Origin: a virus
Taxonomy: Duplodnaviria; Caudoviricetes
IMG/VR virus record: IMGVR_UViG_3300042542_006078
Length of the DNA: 64,000 bases
Direction: 5' to 3' (one strand)
The notes below the pieces were generated by a model. That model saw only the letters and a program-made list of their open reading frames with translations. It ran no database searches and was not told the origin of the DNA. Positions 55,562 to 62,901 of the stretch are shown here, piece by piece. The position numbers and the translations under genes were made by a program. The number at the start of each line of letters is the position of its first letter. The stretch's first letter is position 1.

Positions 55562-56074
55562 ATGACTCAATCAAGCATGAAATTTTCCGACCCGTTAAAA
55601 ATAGTCGCAGTCGCAGATATTCCAAAGGCCATGGATGTGCCTTTGGATAATCTAATGGCGATTTTTCGATTGTGTAATAAAATGGAAAAAATCTGCGACG
55701 AAAATAATGGCATAGGACTGTCCGCAAACCAATTGGGCATTCCTTGGAAATTATTTATTGTAAAAAGAAACAGGACTTTTGAATATTATTTGAATTGCGA
55801 TTATATCGGAGAAGGCGAAAAGATGAGATCAGTTGAAGGATGCCTTTCTCTAAGAAGCGAATCTGGTGAATTTAGAAGATTTGAAGTTGAGCGTTTTTCC
55901 AAAATAAAGCTTAATGGCAAACAGTTGATTATATCTGGAATGCCTTCTTTGGTTTTGCACGATGTCAGCAGGCAAGAAAAAGATTTGTTTGCAGTTGTTT
56001 TTCAGCATGAAATCGATCATGGTTCTGATAAACTAATTTCGGATATTGGGAAAGAAGTTGAAATTTCTGATTGA
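55562..56074 (+). CDS. def: Peptide deformylase
   Basis: GIGLSANQLG, EGCLS, QHEIDH. Confidence 0.92.
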   Translation: MTQSSMKFSDPLKIVAVADIPKAMDVPLDNLMAIFRLCNKMEKICDENNGIGLSANQLGIPWKLFIVKRNRTFEYYLNCDYIGEGEKMRSVEGCLSLRSESGEFRRFEVERFSKIKLNGKQLIISGMPSLVLHDVSRQEKDLFAVVFQHEIDHGSDKLISDIGKEVEISD

Positions 56075-56094
56075 AATCTCGGAGTGAATGAGCG

Positions 56095-56373
56095 ATGTTG
56101 AGTTTGAAGCAGCTAAAGGATGTTTGTCTTGTTGACGATGTAACACATCGTCGCTGCCGCTATTTGTCACAGGACGACAACGATAGAAACAAATTTTATT
56201 GCATGAAAATTTCTGCCAAAGCCGAAAAGATTGATGAAGAAATTGACTCGTATGTGCATTCAATGCACATGAAAGGCAAGAATATTCATGCCGACAATCT
56301 GCCTTTGGGAGATAATTGTGGTGGCTATCCATTGCTCAGGCATATCGAGCAAGGTTACGATCAAAAAAATTAA
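56095..56373 (+). CDS. Hypothetical Cys-containing protein
   Basis: 92 aa. Confidence 0.65.
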   Translation: MLSLKQLKDVCLVDDVTHRRCRYLSQDDNDRNKFYCMKISAKAEKIDEEIDSYVHSMHMKGKNIHADNLPLGDNCGGYPLLRHIEQGYDQKN

Positions 56374-56861
56374 TTTGATTGAAGTCTTTGCTTAATTAAT
56401 TCATAGATGTCTTTTGCTCTATTCTCTTCGGCAGCAATAGACAATATTTCGGTTTCAAATTTCGGGCTGTTAAAACGGGCAATTTCTCTTGCCATGAGTT
56501 CGCCAGTCTTTTCGCTCTTAATTGCCCTGTCACGATAATAGAATAAAAACATACCGACGACAACTATTGCGAATACAAAAATTAATGCACCATCTCCTTG
56601 AATTATTTGAATTCCTGTATTTTCATTGCGTGAAATTGCAGAGTTGATGTTCACCAAGCCGCTTTGAATTTCTTTGAGTTTACTGTTATTGACTTCCATT
56701 TCTTGACGCAATTTACCAATTTCAGCCATTATACCATTTTGATTTGTTCGTATATCCTCTATTTTACCGCTTTTATTTTCAATCTTTGGATTATTCCGTG
56801 GATTGAAGTTTGCACATCCTGACAAAAATATCAGAGCGATCAAAAAAATGAATTTTTTCAT
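56370..56861 (-). CDS. Lipoprotein with coiled coil and downstream TM (candidate unimolecular spanin)
   Basis: Lipobox LSGC at residue 16; TM ALIFVFAIVVVGMFLFYY. Confidence 0.6.
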   Translation of the reverse strand: MKKFIFLIALIFLSGCANFNPRNNPKIENKSGKIEDIRTNQNGIMAEIGKLRQEMEVNNSKLKEIQSGLVNINSAISRNENTGIQIIQGDGALIFVFAIVVVGMFLFYYRDRAIKSEKTGELMAREIARFNSPKFETEILSIAAEENRAKDIYELIKQRLQSN

Positions 56862-56977
56862 GTTAATTCTCCATTTTATGTATCGTCATGTAAGGGTTTT
56901 TATGATATTTGGATGGTAGTTGAAAAGATTTTTTACTTTGGCACGATAACGGGGTACTTGTCATTTTGGATGGGTAA

Positions 56978-56997
56978 AGCAATCCGTCACAAGATGG
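56978..56997 (+). repeat. Degenerate repeat-like hairpin D
   Basis: AATCCGTCACAAGATG is identical to site B, then G; equals B minus GAC; 16 nt before ATG 57014. Confidence 0.45.
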
Positions 56998-57013
56998 AAG
57001 TATAGAGGTAATC

Positions 57014-57508
57014 ATGAGCAAGGATGTTCTTATGTTTCCTTTTAATTCACGCAATGAGTCATCAAAAGTTGTCCACAGCTTGCTTGATGGGCTTGTGGAT
57101 TATTCTGAGTCATCAAAAGATGATGATCTTGTCAACAATCAAATTGTCGAAGAATTTAAGCAGAATGCAAAAAATTTGGCTATAAAGTATGCCTCTGAGT
57201 ATTTCAAAGGCAAGAGTCTTTATGTTGGCGGCAAAATTACGGAACAGATTTTGATTAACGATAAAATAATTTCCACCATACTGAACTCAGATATGTTGAG
57301 CAGCATCGACAAAGCGCATGGTGGCATAAATGGTAACGAGGACTTGGTTTTCAAGACAAGTCTTGATGGTGTTGATGGTGGGGCAAAAATGATCATTGAT
57401 ATTTTGAATGATATTTCACTATCCCCTTTTCGCATACCCAAGGAATTCGCTGGTGGCATTTTGTTGTTGCATTTAGAATTAGTTGAGGGGGTTGTTTTTG
57501 AATCGTGA
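57014..57508 (+). CDS. Hypothetical protein
   Basis: SD GAGG. Confidence 0.7.
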   Translation: MSKDVLMFPFNSRNESSKVVHSLLDGLVDYSESSKDDDLVNNQIVEEFKQNAKNLAIKYASEYFKGKSLYVGGKITEQILINDKIISTILNSDMLSSIDKAHGGINGNEDLVFKTSLDGVDGGAKMIIDILNDISLSPFRIPKEFAGGILLLHLELVEGVVFES

Positions 57509-57812
57509 CTTATTGCTTCTCAGCAGAGAATTTGACAATTATCAGCTTCCAAAGGAAAAGAAATACCTCCTGAATTATTTTGATTCGGTTATTCAGGAGG
57601 CATTTCTCAAATATTATTTTGTATTTCATGATTTTAAGAATTTCACGGATCATACTGGTATTTCTGTTCAGCCAAAGTGGTTGAAGAATTTGCATGAAAA
57701 ATTGCAAATTATTGAAAAAGCCCACAAAGAAGCAAAATTAAATTTTGATATGGCTGGTGTTTTAGAAATAGAAAATGGAAATTATAAATTTAACAAGCAT
57801 CGTAGTAAATAA
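57483..57812 (+). CDS. Hypothetical protein
   Basis: 109-aa ORF. Confidence 0.55.
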   Translation: MRGLFLNRDLLLLSREFDNYQLPKEKKYLLNYFDSVIQEAFLKYYFVFHDFKNFTDHTGISVQPKWLKNLHEKLQIIEKAHKEAKLNFDMAGVLEIENGNYKFNKHRSK

Positions 57813-57815
57813 TTT

Positions 57816-58046
57816 ATGGCACTTATATCATTCAAAGACTGGCGTAATAAATTTGACGAGGCTAGTCCCACAACTCGTTTGAGGGATGAGATCATGAGGG
57901 GCAATCACCCCATGTCAGCCGGTGTTGCGATGTCAAGATCAACTCCACATCCTGAATTTGTTAAGAAGGCAATTAAGGAATTTGGCACACCAGATCATCC
58001 TAAGAAAAAACGAAAAAGTAAGCGCAAAAAGAAAAAAGGTCAATAA
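57816..58046 (+). CDS. Candidate virion internal protein
   Basis: MALISFKDWR..FDEA; TAAATA 4 nt before ATG. Confidence 0.6.
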   Translation: MALISFKDWRNKFDEASPTTRLRDEIMRGNHPMSAGVAMSRSTPHPEFVKKAIKEFGTPDHPKKKRKSKRKKKKGQ

Positions 58047-58456
58047 TGCTGTCTTTTCACGAATGGAGAGCAAAAAGGCTTGATGAAGCTGCCAAAAAAG
58101 GTAAGCCAAAAAAGGCTCCTGTGGCAAGGCATGACATTGAAACATGGCTTAAGGAAATAGAAAGTCTTAAGAAAGACCTAGAAGAACTTAAAAAAGCCAA
58201 GAAAATAGCCGCTCAAAAACTCGCTAGACTGGCAGATATTGAAAAGCTTGATTCTAAGAAACCCGATTCTAAGAAACCCGATTCTAAGAAACCCGATTCT
58301 AAGAAACCCGATTCTAAGAAACCTGATTCTAAGAAACCTGATTCTAAGAAACCTGATTCTAAGAAACCTCTTAAAAAATATGTTTCTAAGAAGATTAAGA
58401 AAAAAGGCGACACAAGATTAAAAAATCCGTCAGAAATTGACAAAGAGAAAAAATGA
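58046..58456 (+). CDS. Lys-rich candidate virion internal protein with DSKKP repeats
   Basis: MLSFHEWR..LDEA. Confidence 0.7.
   Translation: MLSFHEWRAKRLDEAAKKGKPKKAPVARHDIETWLKEIESLKKDLEELKKAKKIAAQKLARLADIEKLDSKKPDSKKPDSKKPDSKKPDSKKPDSKKPDSKKPDSKKPLKKYVSKKIKKKGDTRLKNPSEIDKEKK
58250..58369 (+). repeat. 15-bp tandem repeat x8 (DSKKP)
   Basis: GATTCTAAGAAACCC x4 then GATTCTAAGAAACCT x4. Confidence 0.95.
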
Positions 58457-58497
58457 TGATTATTGCAAATGCGTATAATGTCTAAGATAACCAACGC

Positions 58498-59007
58498 TTG
58501 TTAGAAAGAAGATACTCTCTAAGAGCGAAAATAAGGGGCTATCTTATGTCAGAAGAATCTAGAATATCATCACAAGAAGATATAATTAACGATGTTGAAA
58601 AACAGAGTTTGAAAAATGCTCGGGAAGTTCATGGTAGTATTTCCATAATTCAAGCAGAACAAGAAACATATGTGATTGCAGTCGCAATTTGCTTAGATAA
58701 AAGCAAGAATTTTATCAATAAAATTAATTGCAAGCGTGGAGTACCCATTCAGGGTTATGTCTACGATGCCCAATCAGACAGTTACTTTTTAGAATGTAGT
58801 GATTTCTTGCATATTGGAATTATACCTGCATCATTTGTTGCAACATTCAAAAACTATAGTGGCTGGAAAATGTTTGTCCCAATGCCAGAAAGTGTAATTA
58901 AAAGGCACCTGAATGATTCTCAAAAGAAAGATTTGAAACAATTTAAGAATCATTTCAAGGCTGATGAATTCATTATAAATTTTATTCAAATGGTAAATCC
59001 AAATTAA
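58498..59007 (+). CDS. Hypothetical protein
   Basis: 169-aa ORF. Confidence 0.6.
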   Translation: MLERRYSLRAKIRGYLMSEESRISSQEDIINDVEKQSLKNAREVHGSISIIQAEQETYVIAVAICLDKSKNFINKINCKRGVPIQGYVYDAQSDSYFLECSDFLHIGIIPASFVATFKNYSGWKMFVPMPESVIKRHLNDSQKKDLKQFKNHFKADEFIINFIQMVNPN

Positions 59008-59031
59008 TTCCTCAATAAAATTCCAAAAAAT

Positions 59032-59481
59032 ATGAATTGCTTCCAGAAAAAAAATCTGCAAGAGAAAATAGAAAACCATGATTATTGGATGACCATGGCT
59101 TTTATGTTTGCTGTAAAATCTAAAACCAACCGTGCTTGCGTATTAGTCAACAATGCTAATAGATTGATATCTTATGGCATTGAAAATCCCCCTGAGTTTG
59201 CGGAATCAACCAAAATATTGATTCCAGCAGAAATACAAGCGATTATTGGATGCAAGAACGAAATCATAAATGCTAATCTTTATATAACCAGCCCTCCAAC
59301 TAGGGATTCTGCAATGACCATAATTGCATGTACGGGAATAAAATCTGTTTATTACTACCCAAAAGAAAACATAGATTTGGATGCAAAAAATAAAATACAA
59401 TGCGTCTTTGTAGATGTAAATGAATTGGAAACTAATTTGAATTGGACAAGAGATTATTTTGATTCCTTAGAACATAAATAA
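59032..59481 (+). CDS. dCMP-deaminase-fold protein without zinc ligands
   Basis: YWMTMA..AVKS, IPAEIQAI (HAE becomes PAE), PPTRDSA (PCxxC lost), GIKSVYY. Confidence 0.65.
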   Translation: MNCFQKKNLQEKIENHDYWMTMAFMFAVKSKTNRACVLVNNANRLISYGIENPPEFAESTKILIPAEIQAIIGCKNEIINANLYITSPPTRDSAMTIIACTGIKSVYYYPKENIDLDAKNKIQCVFVDVNELETNLNWTRDYFDSLEHK

Positions 59482-59485
59482 TTCC

Positions 59486-60310
59486 ATGGCATGTACATCT
59501 ACTGGTATTGGTTGTGGCTCCTCTTCTGTGCAAACTTGTCCTGATGAGTATGGTTGCATAAGCGGCAAATGCCCTGATTTTACAATAAGAAGACATGATA
59601 CCAAGCCTTTTTTCAAGGTGAAGGTCGAGGATTGTGACGGACCTCTTGATCTAACTGACTTGGTTTTAGAAGCAACTATGTGGGCCAAGGGCAAGCTTAA
59701 GGTTGCATTGGATCAGGATGATACTGTTTTGGCTTTCGCCGATAATATTGGTTTTAACCAAGTAATGCAGGGTGATGTGCTGATTATGGATCAGGCTAGG
59801 TTGCCGGAAAAAATGTTGGTCACAGGATTTGATGAAGTAAATCGCTTAGTTCATGTTCAAAGAGGTTATCACGGAACTCCAGTTCAAAACTGGAAGCGTG
59901 GAAATTCTGTTAAAATTATCAAGTTTACAAATGCTTCTTCTTCGACAGAAATGGTTTATCAAGATGTGATCAACATAGATGGAACTACTACAGAAAATGT
60001 TCTGACAGAAAGCTTTCTTGTTTATGAGTGGCACTCAGAGGATACATGTTTGCCGGGCTGCTACTATCTTGAGTTTAAGCTCATGAAAATGTTGGTTTTG
60101 GGAATAAACATGCAAACAACTGTTCCTAGCAATCAAATTCCAAGCAATCTCCTTCCTGATGGTGTTGTTCCAAGTTTCACAGACCCTTCTTTCACACCAA
60201 GTACATTTTCTTGTAGTATGGGAACTGGAATTGATTGGATAAGAAGATTCCCAGTTGATAAAGAAGGATTTTACATAAAAATCGTTGACACTATTACAAT
60301 TAATGATTGA
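59486..60310 (+). CDS. Probable virion structural protein (baseplate/tail, BppU-N-like)
   Basis: RRHDTKPFFKVKVEDCDGPLDLT; TAAATA 5 nt before ATG. Confidence 0.5.
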   Translation: MACTSTGIGCGSSSVQTCPDEYGCISGKCPDFTIRRHDTKPFFKVKVEDCDGPLDLTDLVLEATMWAKGKLKVALDQDDTVLAFADNIGFNQVMQGDVLIMDQARLPEKMLVTGFDEVNRLVHVQRGYHGTPVQNWKRGNSVKIIKFTNASSSTEMVYQDVINIDGTTTENVLTESFLVYEWHSEDTCLPGCYYLEFKLMKMLVLGINMQTTVPSNQIPSNLLPDGVVPSFTDPSFTPSTFSCSMGTGIDWIRRFPVDKEGFYIKIVDTITIND

Positions 60311-60335
60311 CATGAGAATTTTGTGGTGTTACATT
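60307..60335 (+). promoter_or_regulatory. Strong sigma70 promoter of infC
   Basis: TTGACA, 17 nt, TGn-TACATT. Confidence 0.75.
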
Positions 60336-60354
60336 TTTTTGGGGTCTATCTTTA

Positions 60355-60380
60355 CTTAGAAATCCGTCAATATTAGACGG
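60355..60380 (+). repeat. Solitary CRISPR-repeat-like hairpin E
   Basis: CTTAGAAATCCGTC (14-nt exact match to the repeat)-AATATTA-GACGG, 3 nt before ATG 60384. Confidence 0.8.
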
Positions 60381-60383
60381 GAA

Positions 60384-60944
60384 ATGAATATGAATCAAAA
60401 CAAGTTTACAAACGCAAATAATCGTCGTGAAGATCAAAACAGAGTGAACTGGCAGATAAGAGTGCCACAAGTTCGTGTTGTTCGTGACGAAGAACAACTC
60501 GGAATAATGCCGACTGATCAAGCACGAAAATTAGCAATGGACGAAGGTTTGGATTTGGTGGAAATAGCTCCAACAGCCAAGCCTCCAGTTTGCAGAATTA
60601 TGGATTATGGTCGCTTCAAATATGAACAGAATATCAAGAAGAAGGAAGCTTCTAAAAAACAGCGTGAGTCGCAAGTTCAACTTAAGGAAATAAGGCTTCG
60701 CCCTGCAATTCAGGAACATGATATTGAAACAAAATTGAATCAAGCGAAAAAGTTTTTGGAAGAAAAATGTAAGGTTCAGTTCAATTTAATTTTCAAGGGA
60801 TTCCGTGAGATGAACAATAAAGAGCAAGGCCACACGGTCATGCGGAAGATTGTTGAGCAAATTCAACAAGTAGCGATCATAGAGAAGTCACCTTCTATGG
60901 AAGGCAATAGAATAATATGCATAGTGTCACCGAAGGTTTCTTGA
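60384..60944 (+). CDS. infC: Translation initiation factor IF-3
   Basis: VRVVRDEEQLGIM, GLDLVEIAP, PPVCRIMDYGRFKYE, KEIRLRP, PSMEG. Confidence 0.95.
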   Translation: MNMNQNKFTNANNRREDQNRVNWQIRVPQVRVVRDEEQLGIMPTDQARKLAMDEGLDLVEIAPTAKPPVCRIMDYGRFKYEQNIKKKEASKKQRESQVQLKEIRLRPAIQEHDIETKLNQAKKFLEEKCKVQFNLIFKGFREMNNKEQGHTVMRKIVEQIQQVAIIEKSPSMEGNRIICIVSPKVS

Positions 60945-60959
60945 ATAAGGAATTAATTG

Positions 60960-60982
60960 TAATGTCCGTCATTTGTGGGCGG
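60960..60982 (+). repeat. Solitary repeat-like hairpin F
   Basis: TAATGT-CCGTC-ATTTGTG-GGCGG directly before ATG 60984/60996. Confidence 0.5.
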
Positions 60983-62198
60983 AATGGACAATCATATGAG
61001 TAATGATATTTTGTCAGAAAAGATAAACGACCTTCAGAATGAGTTCATTCGTCGTCTCCATGTCCATGGAAACGCTTCTTCGTCTAATCCTCCTCTTCTT
61101 CTGAGGTTGATACACGATTCTAGTCAAGATCTTCTTGAGTATGCATTTGGTCAATTTGGAACCAATCTTCTCCAATTGACAAAAGTTCTGGATATGAGCC
61201 ATCCAGACTTGGCTACTATTTTTGATGGTAATTTTTCAGACAATCAAAATTTCGCCAAAAAATGCATGCAATTTTTGGCCATGGCAGAATACGCTAAAAA
61301 CAATCAATTAAACGAGATATTTCCTTGGATTGGCAGCTTGTTTGTCAAAGAGTCTCTCGATAAAACCGTAATTAAAAAAATAGACAATGCAAATTACAAT
61401 AAGTCTTATGTTAGATTGATATTGGACTCTGAGGAAAGAGAAGCAATTAGATTTTGCAAGAAAATGCAAATTATTGATTTGCAAAATTTTTATAAGAAGA
61501 GTGATGAATTATGGAATGCACAAACTGACAACTTCAAACAATTCATCAGGTATGATTCTGCTTATATGCGTGAGTTAAAACAAGCAGAAAAGAAAATGAA
61601 AAGGTATCAGGAGTTAGGATGTCATAGTCTTGCTTCAGAGATAGCCAAGAGCATTGGAGTTTTCCGTGAAAACATGGAACAAACATATTATGGTTTCAAC
61701 AGAATCACAATGACCAATGCCGCAATTATTCTCGCAAAGTGTTTGGGTTACACATATAGCCCAGCATACCAGCTACATGCTGGTGGACATATTATGAGGA
61801 TGGATGCACAAATTAAGGTTCCAAGGATTTTCTTCAAAAATTATTTTTTTGATCATTCCTTGGACTTGAATACCGTTTATGATTATGAGCCAAAGGTTTA
61901 TCCTTTTCATGAAGTTGTTGACATTGCGCCAGAACAAGTAATGCAAACAATTAAGTTGTTGGAGAGTTTTCCAGAGGCAAACGACAAGCCTATTTTTGAT
62001 CATTTTGGGGTTATTGTTCCATCAATATCTTACAAAAATCATATTTTCAAAAACGAATCAGGTTTGTTGCAGGATTGTGGTTCTCAAGAAGAGTGTTCTA
62101 AAGAACTAGATAAAGTTTTCATTAAAAACAAGTATATTTATCCTATCATAATTGGAGAAAAAGACGGAAAGTGTTTCTTCATATGTTATTGGGCTTGA
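60975..62198 (+). CDS. Hypothetical protein
   Basis: 407-aa ORF; likely start 60984 or 60996. Confidence 0.75.
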   Translation: MGGMDNHMSNDILSEKINDLQNEFIRRLHVHGNASSSNPPLLLRLIHDSSQDLLEYAFGQFGTNLLQLTKVLDMSHPDLATIFDGNFSDNQNFAKKCMQFLAMAEYAKNNQLNEIFPWIGSLFVKESLDKTVIKKIDNANYNKSYVRLILDSEEREAIRFCKKMQIIDLQNFYKKSDELWNAQTDNFKQFIRYDSAYMRELKQAEKKMKRYQELGCHSLASEIAKSIGVFRENMEQTYYGFNRITMTNAAIILAKCLGYTYSPAYQLHAGGHIMRMDAQIKVPRIFFKNYFFDHSLDLNTVYDYEPKVYPFHEVVDIAPEQVMQTIKLLESFPEANDKPIFDHFGVIVPSISYKNHIFKNESGLLQDCGSQEECSKELDKVFIKNKYIYPIIIGEKDGKCFFICYWA

Positions 62199-62466
62199 GG
62201 TTTCTTTTATGACATACAATCTTACTAGAGAAGAGTTGCTGGATTTTGCTAAAATCGTTTATGAACAATCAATTCATGGCTATCTTGACTTGAAAGATGG
62301 TGCCTGCGAAAGAATGCTTGTGAATTTTTTGTCTGACAAGAAAACTTTATTACCACATACTAATGTAACCATGAGCGCCATCGGCTCTGCTATAGCAAGT
62401 CAGACATTCAATGCTGATATTTTCACTATTTCAGAGAGTTTTATCGGTGGCCAGAACTTAAATTAA
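62152..62466 (+). CDS. Hypothetical protein
   Basis: Likely start at MTYNL with GAGG. Confidence 0.55.
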   Translation: MEKKTESVSSYVIGLEVSFMTYNLTREELLDFAKIVYEQSIHGYLDLKDGACERMLVNFLSDKKTLLPHTNVTMSAIGSAIASQTFNADIFTISESFIGGQNLN

Positions 62467-62501
62467 ATTCATCATTAGATGATTTAACGGGAAAGGCAAC
62501 A

Positions 62502-62864
62502 ATGTCAAAGAATAAGATTCTCACACCAGCGGGCACGGTTTTTAATTCAGCCGTACCTGTTCCAAAGATCAAGTCAGTGAAGCCTTGTGGCTCACAGGTT
62601 TTGATTGAGTTCCTCACGCAACAGGAAATGTTGGGCACAACTCTTGTTGTTAATGAAAAGATCGATTTGAAAGTTCCTCTTCAGGGATATGTTCGTGCAG
62701 TTGGTCCCAATTTCAAGCCTAGCGATTATGGATTCGATATTGGAGATAGAGTAACGGTTTCCGGCGCTGGAATTCATGTTCCTAATTGGGACGGGATAAA
62801 TCGTGATCGTTTCTTGATGGAGCCCACATCAGTCAAGGGCGTGATTGTCGAAGAAACAGTTTGA
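62502..62864 (+). CDS. GroES-like co-chaperonin (T4 gp31-like)
   Basis: VKPCGSQVLIE, GYVRAVGP, IGDRV. Confidence 0.7.
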   Translation: MSKNKILTPAGTVFNSAVPVPKIKSVKPCGSQVLIEFLTQQEMLGTTLVVNEKIDLKVPLQGYVRAVGPNFKPSDYGFDIGDRVTVSGAGIHVPNWDGINRDRFLMEPTSVKGVIVEETV

Positions 62865-62901
62865 ATCATTACTAATTGAAAATGGATGAAATACCCGATT
62901 A

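Noticed and set aside
55551-55570. AAATTCCGTC upstream of def
   Set aside because: No 3' stem arm.
58421-58443. AAAAATCCGTC-AGAAATT-GACAA
   Set aside because: Inside a coding sequence (KNPSEIDK) and only 3 of 5 stem pairs form; not counted as a functional site.
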